Below, piece by piece: positions 1 to 10,279 of a stretch of DNA of 20,000 bases. The position numbers and the translations under genes were made by a program. Below the pieces are notes generated by a model. It was not told the origin of the DNA, did not search any database, and worked only from the letters and a program-made list of their open reading frames with translations. The stretch is from Chiloscyllium plagiosum (Eukaryota). Where the stretch lies: the NCBI RefSeq assembly GCF_004010195.1, contig NC_057719.1, positions 31,504,152 through 31,524,151 of the forward strand, in the 5' to 3' direction. How positions within the stretch are numbered: the stretch's first letter is position 1; the number at the start of each line of letters is the position of its first letter.

Positions 1-1025
1 ATTTCTTGTACGCACATAGCAAATTCCTCGCCATTTCAACCCTTAACATTATCGCAGTCCCATAGTTTGGAAAGTTCAAAATCCCTTACCATAACACCCT
101 ATTATTCTAACAGATAACTGAAATCTCCTTACAAATTTGTTTCTCAATTTCCCACCGACTATTGGGGGTCTATAATACAACCTCAGGAAGTTGATCAACC
201 CTTTCTTGTTTCTCAGTTACACCCAACTAACTTTCCTGGATGTATCTTTGGGAGCATCCTCCCTCAGTACGGCTGTAATGCTATCCCTTCTCAAAAATGC
301 CACTCCCTCTCCTATCTTGCTTCCCTTTCTGTCCTTCCTATAGCATTTGTTTCCTGGAATATTAAGCTGCCCCCCTGAGCCACGTTTCAGTAATTGCTAT
401 GATATCCCAGTCCCATGTTCCTAACCATGCCCTGAGTTTTTCTGCCTTCCTTGTTAGGCTTCTTGCATTGAAATAAATGCAGTTTAATTTATCAGTCCTA
501 CCTTGTTCTCTGCTTTGTCCCTACCTGCCTTGACTATTTGACTCGTCTTTGTTCTCAACTGTACCCGTCTCATATTGATTTCTTCCTCACTATCTCCCTG
601 GGTCCCACTCCTGCACCTTACTAGTTTAAATCCTCCTGAGTAGCTCTAGCAAATCTCCCTGCCAGTATATTATTCCCTTCCAATTCAGGTGCAATCCATC
701 CTTCTTGAACAGGTCACTTTTACCCCAGAAGAGATTCCAATGATTCAAAAATGTGAATCCTTCTCCCATACATCAGCTCCTCAGTCATGCATTCATCTGC
801 TCTATCCACCTATTCCTACCCTCACTAGCTCGTAGCACCGGGAGTAATCCAGATATTACTATTCTCGAGGACCTCTTTGAATTCCTGCCTAACTCTGTAT
901 TCTCTTTTCAGAATCTCATCCTTTTTCCTTTCCTGTCTGGTTGGCTCCAATGTGTACAATGACCTCCTGCTGGTCCCTCTCTCCCTTGAGACCATTCTGC
1001 ACCGTATCTGACACATTCTTGATCC
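1..1025 (-). mobile_element. Decayed CR1-clade LINE: esterase-type ORF1 C-terminus plus start of the ORF2 APE endonuclease, running off the window start
   Basis: Minus strand reads RIVISGLLPV…FTFLNHWNLFWGKSDLFKKDGLHLNWKGNNILAGRF (SGNH-like DGLHL motif, with stops) at about 620-870, and an endonuclease YRPP-type motif near 160-180. Confidence 0.85.
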
Positions 1026-1459
1026 TTACAAAGAGATTTTGATCAATTGAGTCAAAGGTCGGCACTTTTTTCTTTGGAGCGTAGGAGGTTGAGGGGTGAC
1101 ATTATTGAGGTTTATAAAATCATGAGCGGCAAAGATAAAGTGAATATCTAGGATCTTTTCCCTAGGATGGGGGAGTTTTAAAGTTGTGGGCATATTTATA
1201 AGGTGAGAGGAGAAAGATTTTAAAAGAACATGGGGGTGGGGAGCGCAACGTCTTTGTGCGTGGAATGAATTGACAGAGAAAATGGTTCGTGCAGAACCAT
1301 TACAACATTTAAAAGACTTTTGGACAAGTTCATGAATAGGAAATGTTTAGAGGGATACGGACCAAGTGCAGGCTGGTGGTACTAGTTTAATTGGTGTACT
1401 TGGTCAGATTGGACTGGTTGGACCAAAGATTTCCTTGCTGTGTAATTATGATGCTATGA
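1026..1459 (+). mobile_element. CR1 LINE 3' end fragment (ORF2 C-terminus plus 3' UTR, HER1-like)
   Basis: FSLERRRLRGDIIEVYKIMSGKDKV is the typical CR1 ORF2 C-terminus. Ends in a TATGA-type short repeat at about 1447-1459. Confidence 0.85.
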
Positions 1460-2131
1460 AACCTTTAAATAGCTGGAGAATAGCTTCATGTTGATGTCCA
1501 GTGAGAATAGTCATAAATTAATAGTAACTCACTTGTGAAGTCAAATAAAAGCTGGAGTTATTTGTGAAGTCAAATAAATGCAGCATTTTAAATATTCAAA
1601 CTTGCTTTGCATTCCAGTGAGGTATAATTATACTGTAAAAAGAAACATGCATTACAAATAATATGTGCATTTTGTTCATATTTAGAAGGAAACATTCATT
1701 TCTGTCTTCTCCTTATGATTGATCCATGTTAATTAATATGTTTCTGTCAACATTAGAAATCAAAAGAAGATTAAGCCCAGGGTGCTTTTGCTCTCCATAT
1801 GAAAATACTAAAACTTAAAAGTATGATTTGAAGGTTTTTTTTGATTTATTCATTTTGTGGGATGTAGGCAATGCTGGCTGGTCAACATTTATGGCCCATC
1901 CCTAGTGGCCCTTGAGAAGGTGGTAGTGAGCTGCCTTCTTGAACTGCTGCAGTCCACTTGCTGTGGGTTGACCTACCATGTCATCAGGGAGGGAATTTCA
2001 GGATTTTTGACTCAGCGACAGTGAGGGAATAGTGATATATTTCCAAGTCAGGATGATGATTGGCTTGGAGGCGAACTTGAAGGTGGTGGTGTTCTTGAAT
2101 ATCTGTTGCCCTTGTCCTTCTAGATGGAAGT

Positions 2132-2725
2132 TGTTATGGACTAGGCCAGACCACCCCCCTCCCCACAAAGCCTTACAAGAAGGTAGCCCAGACCCTAACT
2201 TTACTAGTTGTTTAAGCAAGTGTAAGGTGGGTATTCCAAGACAGAATCAGTTGGTCAAACCACTTAGTTTTAAACAAAACAGAATGTATTTATAAAATTA
2301 CCAAATGAAACACAAAGAACAAAAACAGAATATCAAATAACTTATCCGAAAACCCAACAAATCATCACTCTTAATGATGCTGTTCGAAAATACTTGCAAC
2401 AGTCTCCATAAACACCCCTTGGCACAAAAGGTAAAATCAAACACAAGTTCTTACAAGATGGGAGTCAGTGAAAGAGAACCAGCCTGAGCTTGCTTTCGAA
2501 TTCCAGCAGAGTTTCTACACAACTATTTCTAAAAGAAACCAAACCAGAGAAAAACTGAGCTGGGAAAACTTGAAAGCTTTCTGCCTGCGGCAGTATCTGT
2601 TAGCTGTAAACAAGTTGGCCTTAAAACCCATCCAAACTCAGACTTTTCAGAACTTGTGTTTTTACGACCTCTTGAAGAAAAAACCAAGGACAACCTAACC
2701 TTGTTAAAGGAGCAGCTTCATCACG
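2132..2725. mobile_element. Solo LTR inserted in the LINE
   Basis: Begins TGTTATGG and ends TCATCACG (imperfect inverted termini, terminal CA read as CG). AAGT is duplicated at 2128-2131 and 2726-2729, or GAAGT if the element ends at 2724. The host LINE resumes after it. About 594 bp with no credible ORF. Confidence 0.7.
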
Positions 2726-3645
2726 AAGTGGTCATGAGTTTGGGCGGTGCTGTGTGAGGACCTTTGGTGAATTTCTGCAGTGCATCTTGTAGATCCTGCT
2801 GCTACTGAGCATTGGTAGTGGAGGGAGTGGATGCTTATAAGGCTACATATGAGTCAAGTGGCTGCTTTGTCCTGAATGGAGTCAAACTTCTTGAGTGTTG
2901 TGGGGACAGCACTCATCCAGGCAAGTGAGGAGTATTCCATCACACTCCTGAATTGAGGCTTGTAGGTGATGAGGAGTTAGGTGAGTTACTCGCCACAGTA
3001 TTCCTGGCCTCTGACCAGCTCTTGTAGCTGTTGTATTTATGTGGTGAGTTCAGTTGAGTTTCTGATTAATGATAACGTGCATGATGTTGATAGTGCGGGA
3101 TTCGGTGTTGGTAATACCATTGAACATCAAGGGGCGGTTGTTAGGTTGTCTTTTGTTAGTGATGGTCATAGCCTAGCACTTGTGTGGCACAAATGATACT
3201 TGCCACTGGTTAGTCTCAGCCTAGATATTGTCCAGAGCTTGTATTTGGACATGGATCGCTTCAGTGTCTGAGGAGTCGCGAATGGTGCTGAACATTGTGC
3301 AGTCATCAACGAACATCCCTACTTCTGACGTTATGATGGTGGGAAAGTCATTGAGGCAGCTGAGGATGTTTGGGCCTAGAACACTATCCTGAGGAACTCC
3401 TGCAGAAATGTCCTGGAGCTGAGATGACTAATCTCCAGTAATCGCAACCATCTTCCTATGTGTCAGGTATGACTCTAACCTCCAGAGAGTTTTCCCTGTG
3501 ATACTCAGTGATTCTAGTTTTGCTAGACCTCCATAATGCCACACCTGGTCAAACGTAGCCTTGATGCCAAGGGCTGTTTGTTCGTTTTTGAACCAAAGTT
3601 GTCAGGAGCTGAATGGCCGTGGCAGAACCCAAACTGGGCATCACT

Positions 3646-3841
3646 GGTTTGTTCAATTCAGTTGCATGACACTGTAATCATTTGCAATAAATTCTGTGTC
3701 TTATAATCCTGCTCCACAGCTACCTGATGAAGGAGCAGCACCTCGAAAGTTAGTACTTCCAAATAAACCTGTTGGAATATAACCTGGTGTTATGTGATTT
3801 TTTTACTGTGTTCCCCCAGTCCAACACCGGCACATCCACAC
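3646..3841 (+). mobile_element. Short Penelope-like element 3' end (pLTR) with degenerate hammerhead core
   Basis: CATCACT is duplicated at 3639-3645 and 3842-3848. Contains CTGATGAAGGAGCAGCACCTCGAAAG and is clearly similar to the right arm of 6451-6671. Confidence 0.75.
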
Positions 3842-5953
3842 CATCACTATGCAAGTTATTGCTGAGCAGGTATTGTTTGATAGCACTGTTGATGAAACTT
3901 TCCATCCCTTTTACTGATGATTGACAGTAGACTGATCGGGCAGTAATTGGCTGGGTTGAATTTGTCCTTCTTTTTATGTACTTGGGTAGTTATCCACATT
4001 GTCGAGTAGATGCCAGTGTTGTAACTGTATTCGAAGAGTTTGACTAGGGGAACGGCAAGTTCTGGAGAATAAGTCTTTAGGATTATTGCCGGAATGTTGT
4101 AGCCTTTGCAGTATCCAGTGCCTCCAAGTGTTTTTTGATGTCACATGGAGTAAATTGAATTGGCTGAAGAACCTGGTATCTATAATGCAGGGACTATTGG
4201 ATGGGGACCGAGATGGATCATTCACTCGGCACTTCTGGCTGTAGATTATTGCAAAATCTTCAGCCTTATCTTTTGCACTGATGTACTGGGCTCTTCTGTC
4301 ACTGAGTTTAGGGATATTTATAAAGATGCCTCTTCCAGTGAGTTGTTTAATCATTCATCACCATTCATGACTGGATGTGGCAGGACTGCAGAGCTTAGAT
4401 CTGGTCCGTTGGTTGTGGGATCGCGTGGCTCTCTCTATTACTTACTGCTTATATTTTTTGGTATGCAAGTAGTCCTGTTTGGTGGCTTCACCAGGTTGAC
4501 TCCTCATCTTCAGGTATGCTGGTGCTGGTTCTGGCATGCCCTCATGTACTCTTTGTTGAACCAGTGTTCATTCCCTGGCTTGACATTCATGCTTGAATGG
4601 GGAATATGCTGGGTCATGAATTAGAATTTGCGATGGAGTACAATGCTGCTGCTGTTAATGACCCACAGCACCTCCATGGATGCTCAGTCTTGAGTTGCTG
4701 GATATCTTTGAAGCGTGTCCCATTTGTCTCAACAAGAACTGTTGCTCTTACCGATACTATCATGGACAGATGCATCTGCAGCTGGCAGATTGGTAAGGAT
4801 GAAGTCAAGTATGTTTTTCCCTCACCACCTGTCCCAGCCCTAGTCTAGCAACTATGTCTTTCAGGACCCGATCAGCTCAATCAGTAGTACTTCTGCCGAG
4901 CTACTCTTAATGGTGGACATTGAAATCCCCTACCCAGAATACATTGTGTGTATTCCTCAGTGCTAACCTCAGTGCTTCCCCCAAATGTTGTTCAACATGG
5001 AGGAGTATCGATTCATCGTCTGAGGAAGGATGGTACGTGCTAATCAGCAGGAGGGTTCCTTGCCCACGTTTAACTTGAAGCCATAAGACCTCATGATGTT
5101 CCAGAGTCAATGTTGAAGACTCACCGAGCAACTACCTCCTGACTGTGTAGCACTGTGTGGCCACCTCTGCTGGATCTGCCTTGCAGGTGAGACAGGATAT
5201 ATCCAGGGATGGTGATGGTGGTATCTGTGACATTTTCTCTCAGGCATGATTCTGTGAGTATGACTATGTCAGGCTATTGTTTACCAGTCAATGAGAAAGC
5301 TATCCCAATTTTGGCACTAGACTCCAGATGTTAGGAGAACTTTGCAGGGTCAACAAGGCCATTTCTGCCACTGTCTTTTTCGGTGCCTAGGTGGATGTCA
5401 GGTGATTCTATGGTTTCATTTCTTTGAGACCTTGTAATTCGTACAACCGAATGGCTTGCTGGGCCATTTCAGAAGGCGGTTGAGAGTCAATCACATTGTT
5501 GTGGGTTTGGAGTTCCATGTAGGCCAGAGCAGACGAGGATGGCAAATTTCCTTCCCTTAAGGACATTTGTGAACCAGATGGGATTTTCTGACAGTTGGCA
5601 TTGATTTCACGGTCATCAGTGAATGTTTTTTTTATATAGATATTTTTATTAGAAATTTAACATTTTTACAAGTTTACAAAAATAAACAAAACTTCAGATA
5701 TAAACATTGATATACAATTAGCTCAAATATACAATATCCAAAATTTAACAAAAAAAACAAAAAAAAAACAAAAAATAAGAAAAAATAACAAACAAAACTC
5801 AACTATCTACTAATCTAACCTACAACTAACCAGAGTGTATATTTAAGTCTCTTACGTGCTCGGAATGTGTTAACATCAGATGTAATAAAACCCGTATTCG
5901 TGCGGAATTCCTCCCCCCGAGGGGCCCCGGATCAGCCAGGTTTGTAATCTCAA

Positions 5954-6128
5954 TTAAATAAAAGCCCTTGTTAGGATAGCCGAAATATCTGTATTTATGT
6001 AATTCAAGAAGGGCTGCCATATTTTATAAAATAATTCGGTCTTTCTGTGCACCATATTTGTAAGGAAGTCAAGGGGAACACATTCCATAATTAATCTGTG
6101 CCAATTGAAAGTCCAGGGGGCCCTCAGC
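5954..6128 (-). pseudogene. C-terminal remnant of L1 ORF2p
   Basis: NWHRLIMECVPLDFLTNMVHRKTELFYKIWQPFLNYINTDISAILTRAFI*, homologous to the ORF2 end of the other L1 at about 17190-17360 (DWRKLVIEHIPLD…WPFLNYLGTDLSTIIIRAFI*). Confidence 0.8.
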
Positions 6129-6450
6129 GGCTTGTTGCTTTTTAAAGAGGGAATGTATTTACAATGCTTTAGTCTTGATTATATTTGTAACTTCAACCTT
6201 TTAATTTTTAAATAAGGCACTCTGCTATCTATAGATCACTATAACTCTACTCACAGAAACTGATGCTGCTGATCGTCCAAAGTCTCTAACATACAGAAGT
6301 GTTGTCCAGTTGGTCTTCAATTAGTTTTCTAAAGATCTATCTCAAAGACTTTGGAGACTTGTATGTTTTAAATAGCCAGTGCTGCAAACCACATGGTGAT
6401 TTTACGTTGATCAGGACATTTTACTTGTAACATAAATAAAACTGGACATA

Positions 6451-6671
6451 ATTAAAAATCACACAACACCAGGTTATAGTCCAACAGGTTTAATTGGAAG
6501 TACACTAGCTTTCGGAGCGACACTCCTTCATCAGGTGATAGCACTACCACCTGATGAAGGAGCGTCGCTCCGAAAGCTGGTGTGCTTCCAATTAAACCTG
6601 TTGGACTATAACCTGGTGTTGTGTGATTTTTAACTTTGTACACCCCAGTCCAACACCAGCATCTCCAAATC
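6451..6671. mobile_element. Short palindromic Penelope-like element (inverted partial pLTRs)
   Basis: AAAACTGGACATA is duplicated at 6438-6450 and 6672-6684. Arms of about 85 bp (6452-6537 and 6548-6633) are near-perfect reverse complements around a 10-nt spacer, followed by a roughly 38-nt tail on one side. Each arm holds CTGATGA-stem-GAAA. Confidence 0.85.
6506..6580. ncRNA. Pair of divergently oriented minimal hammerhead motifs
   Basis: Plus: CAC-CTGATGA-A-GGAGC-GTC-GCTCC-GAAAGCTG-GTG (core from 6551). Minus: CAC-CTGATGA-A-GGAGT-GTC-GCTCC-GAAAGCTA-GTG. AGCT palindrome and 3-bp stem I in both. Confidence 0.6.
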
Positions 6672-8079
6672 AAAACTGGACATAGGTATCGAGGCACTAA
6701 AGAATCCAGCAAGTATTTCTGACAACTAATGATTACGTGCATAATTTACTCTCTTCAGAGTCTAGGATAGCATTAGCTATTAAGCTGCAAACACCAGCAT
6801 CCTTCCTGTGATCCCAAAATAAGATGGAATGAGATCTTTATCCTCCAGGCACATGTTATGATACAGTATACTGACTGTGACATATAACAGTACTGAAACC
6901 TCCACAAAGTCAGCTGTGGAAGCACCACATTTGCTGAGAAAATCCTGCAATTTTGCTTCAGACAATGTAACATCTCAACTTCAAAACTACACATCTGCAT
7001 CAAAACAACAGAGACTGAACTTGGCAATTTTTATTGAATACTCATTTTTATCTTCGTCTGTAATTAATAATTGTGTGCATGTGAATAGTGTATTATCATT
7101 ACTAACCTCCAGAATAAGTGTGTAGGTTATTTAAAAGTGAATTTCTCCAGCTATGAGTAAGAAATATACATACCTACATACAAAACCATTGATCACGGGC
7201 AATGAGGGAGGAGCCACTTTAAAACTTTACATGACACAAGAGTCCAACTGAGTGGTTCAAAAATTTAAAAGGGATTGGGACAGAAAGTATTGAAAGATCT
7301 TCCAAGGACACATACAGAGCCGGACCTCAGTGTAGCCTGTTCTTTTAAATACACAACTGGCCACAGACTCCTAATATTTCAAGTTTTGAATTAAAGTAAC
7401 TAAATCCCGAGTTTGTCAGGGATCATTTGTTAATTTCCTGTCTGAAGGAAGAGAGCAGAGAACTGTTCACTTTCATCGTCTGTTTGCTGAGTGAGAAGTA
7501 AGATCAGTTCTATCCACATTTGTACAAGCTTTAGACTAGTGTAATACCAAACCAGACTAAAAGTGCCACCACCCAGGTCAGGAATCTCTGACATATAATT
7601 TATTTATCGTCAAGAAGGATTTAATCAAAGCAAAGTAAATTTGGACCTTAACACTTGTTCATAAATTCACATTTTATCTCTAAACTAAAGCTTCATAATG
7701 ATTTGGATTCGTCTCATCTCCTCTAATATATCTCTATGTCCACCTCCTGAAAGTACACACAAGGAATGTGTGAAAACACACCACTCCAAAAAAAACCCCG
7801 CTCCTATAGACAGAGGTAAAATTGAATAAGGTAACCACCTCCCCCCACCAACATTAACCAAATCCCCCAGCTTTTATATGTATATACACACACATATGCA
7901 TACATCCCTCATATATACATAAAATAATAACAGAAAACAACCCCACCGGGGGGGATAAAATCAAATCCCTCTCCCCACCCCCCATGATAATATTAAACAG
8001 TAAGGTAAGAGAAAAAAAAAGGGGGGATATAAACCAAAGTGGGGGGAAAGGCAAACCAACATCCATTATGTCTTACAGT

Positions 8080-8933
8080 TTATCTAAGAGAGTCCAAGAA
8101 TTCCTTAGCCTTTTCTGGTGATCCGAAGTTATATACGGATCCTTCATGGTTAAAGCATAACGTCGCTGGGTAGCGTAAGGAGTACTGAATATTTAAGTCC
8201 CTTAAACGCTTCTTCGCCTCGTCGAATGCCTTCCTCTTTTGAACCAGAGCCGGGGAAATGTCCTGAAATAGCATGATCTTGGATCCTTTATAGATCATAG
8301 CTTGGGGGTCTTTTCTGAGATTTCTAGAGGCTTCTAGAAGTATTTGCCTCTCCTTGTAGCTCTGCAGCCGGAACAGGACCGGGCGTGGGCGCTGGTTCGA
8401 GCCGGGCCCGCATATTGCGACCCGGTAGGCTCATTCCACCCTTATGGCCTGATCCAGCTTGCAGATTTAAAAGCTGTGGCAGCCACTGCTGGAGGAATGC
8501 TGTAAGCTGGCCTTCCTCTTCCCGTTCGGGAAGGCCCAGCAAACGAATATTTTTTCGACGACCTCGATTATCGAGGTCGTCAATATGATTTTCCAAGGTC
8601 CGAACTCGCTGCTCGAGAGTCCGGACCTGATCCACGGTCGATTGATGGTAGTTTCGGAGGTTGCGGCCTTTAACTCCGCCCCTCCGACTCGGCACTCGAT
8701 TTCTTGGATTTCTTGGTCGTGCTTCTGCAGCGCGGCCGAGAGCGAGTCCCAATGATTTCTGGATTCTGCAATAAAGGCATCGATCTTCGAATCCAGCTTG
8801 GAAATCATTTCTGCAAGGCTTGTCACTGTAGGTAAGTCCCACGGGGCGGCTGTGGACGCCTCTGCTGCAGCTGGAGAGGATGGGGGAGGGGTCCTGCTTG
8901 CTGAGAGCTGCGGGCTCCCTTCCCTTTAGTCAT
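8080..8933 (-). pseudogene. L1 ORF1p (coiled coil, RRM, CTD), frameshifted
   Basis: ATG at 8933 (MTKGKGARS…). Pieces in ORFs 8467-8826, 8324-8842 and 8080-8298 join to …LENHIDDLDNRGRRKNIRLLGLPEREE…RPRPVLFRLQSYKERQILL…IMLFQDISPALVQKRKAF…YSLRYPATL…, hallmark L1 ORF1p motifs. About three frameshifts. CpG-rich. Confidence 0.88.
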
Positions 8934-9085
8934 TTTTACTTAGGATCAAATTGTTTAAATGTAATATTACACAACTAATTAAATTTCACAACTTTTATAG
9001 ATGATTTGGTGAGCGTGGTAGGGGGTGGGTGACCCACTGTACCCAAGTCTTGGGAGGAGCACTATAGACTCAGTCTTGCTGGGTC

Positions 9086-9097
9086 GCCGCCATCTTG
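9086..9097 (-). promoter_or_regulatory. YY1-type motif at the L1 5' end (internal promoter)
   Basis: CAAGATGGCGGC a few bases from the element start. L1 5' termini are known to carry a YY1 site. Function here is inferred. Confidence 0.55.
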
Positions 9098-9102
9098 GAT
9101 CC

Positions 9103-9250
9103 CATCAGTGGATTCTTAATTCCAGATTTATTTTTTTCTTTATTGAATTCAAATTCCACCATTTGCCGTGCTGGGATTCAAACCTGGGACCCCACAACAT
9201 TGTCTGGGTTTGTGGATTAATAGTGTAGTGATAATACCACGAGGCCTTAC
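9103..9250 (-). mobile_element. tRNA-like (Pol III) head, contiguous with 5621 and below once the L1 insertion is removed
   Basis: A-box-like AGGCCTCGTGG (9247-9237) and B-box-like GGTTTGAATCC (9184-9174). Joined to the 5448-5621 body through the CATCAGTG duplication. Confidence 0.7.
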
Positions 9251-9323
9251 CTTTCTGTGATTATTTCCAGGATATTTATTAATTAACTGTTTCTGATTTA
9301 TGGGAAAATGTTGCTTTCCTCAG

Positions 9324-9406
9324 GTGGGTGCAACAGTGAGAGTGAGGATGAAGTTATCAGAAGACCTTATAAAAGAATTAAAGTTGGTGTTCTGGAATCG
9401 CCTGAA
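9324..9406 (+). CDS. FANCM: FANCM internal coding exon (83 nt, phase 1 to phase 0)
   Basis: Acceptor TTGCTTTCCTCAG, donor GTGAGT. Translates xGCNSESEDEVIRRPYKRIKVGVLESPE, resembling human FANCM SESEDEIFRRKVKRAKGNVLNSPE (recalled). In frame with the next three exons. Confidence 0.88.
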
Positions 9407-9569
9407 GTGAGTACATTATTTGATAACTGGCATTGAAATACACTGTTGTACAGGATAATTCAAATGCATTTTTATAATGTCAAAACTTGATTAAGATGAA
9501 TGTAACTTCTTTTAAACCAAGACTGTGTATGAAAGTGCTTTGGGTGCTACAAATTTATAGTTCTAAGTG

Positions 9570-10060
9570 TGATGCTGGAACGTCTACACTCACCGATCAT
9601 CAAACCTATGATAGACAAGAACATCCTTCAGCTGTAGTACCTAGGGAGCGTAGAGTGTAGGTGCACTCAAGCTGCCTTCGGAGAAAATTGATTTGGAGCA
9701 ATAGGAACAGGTTTCATTTGAAATGGCCTACCTCCTTCAGATTGCTAAGAGGCAGGACTTGGTTTCATCTTCTGGAGAGAGATTTCAAAGGATGTTAAAA
9801 ACCAGCAACCTACACCTTTCTTTGCAAAAACATAACACCTATTTGTGTATTTGCTCCCACAATAGCTAACTGTGACGATGCACAGGACAGGTTTTTTGAT
9901 GATCTGCACCATATCCTATAATCAATTCTTATAGCTGGCAAAATTATCCTTCTACTCAATTTTATTGCTAGTTTTGGATATTGGCTAGTTTTGGGTAGAC
10001 ATCCTTGTTCAATACTAAGTAGAAAAGGAAATCTTGAATGGATCTTTGCTGTTTCAGTTG
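9570..10060 (+). mobile_element. Old RTE-clade LINE endonuclease fragment
   Basis: WNV start near 9577 and CVFAPTIANCDDAQDRFFDDLHHIL*SILIAGKIILLLNFIASFG at about 9845-9980, matching the RTE APE pattern YAPT…KDxFY…DKxIxLGDFNARVG. Heavily degraded. Confidence 0.6.
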
Positions 10061-10279
10061 TGTGCCAAGTATAATCTCTCAATGACCAGGAGTGACCCTC
10101 TGAACTTGTCAGACATTCAGCTGAATTATGTGCCTTTTACTCTGTTGATCTGCTTTTTCCCAAATCTCTACCAGTAGGCTGATGACCACGTCTTGCAATT
10201 TATTTCTACTAAAGTCTTGCCTAACGAAACAAAATCTAGCATTTTCAATTTGGGCAAGTTGAAATTTCCAAGCATTACA

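Larger units (their letters stand above)
1835..5621 (-). mobile_element. Decayed CR1/L2-group LINE (APE + RT); its 5' part continues at 9103-9250
   Basis: Minus strand: APE motifs PDIVILTES…TITIPGY (about 5200-5270) and EVLWLQVKRGQGTLLLISTYHP…WVGDFNVHH (ORF 4907-5131). RT motifs GVPQDSVLGP (about 3371-3400) and GMFVDDCTMF (about 3290-3320). 3' tail with GAATAAA and an A-run at about 1835-1850. Many stops, frameshifts and internal deletions. Confidence 0.85.
5622..9102 (-). mobile_element. Non-autonomous L1-clade element: 5' UTR, ORF1, foreign insert, ORF2 C-terminal remnant, 3' UTR, poly(A)
   Basis: CATCAGTG is duplicated at 5614-5621 and 9103-9110. T-run at 5626-5633. 5' end on the minus strand reads GGATCCAAGATGGCGGCG. 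ORF1 at 8933-8080, ORF2 tail at about 6110-5954. Confidence 0.85.

Noticed and set aside
4160..4848. Plus-strand ORFs of 154 and 83 aa
   Set aside because: Antisense to the LINE ORF2, with no motifs or splice support.
5448..5621. Calling the headed-LINE body a Deu domain
   Set aside because: It does not resemble the Deu-like remnant at 15560-16135, so the body is left unnamed.
6257..6360. Possible extra FANCM exon (TCACAG…GTATGT)
   Set aside because: In-frame stops in the frames examined, no FANCM similarity, and it lies inside a TSD-flanked insertion.
6451..6671. MITE or CRISPR-like interpretation of the palindrome
   Set aside because: The asymmetric tail, 13-bp TSD and hammerhead cores fit a Penelope-like element. 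There is no repeat-spacer array and the context is eukaryotic.
6773..7125. Three overlapping 61-84 aa ORFs in the L1 cargo
   Set aside because: No recognisable domain, alternative start codons, and lengths expected by chance.
9170..9250. Functional tRNA gene
   Set aside because: Only degenerate A and B boxes with no convincing cloverleaf, and contiguous with a retroposon body.
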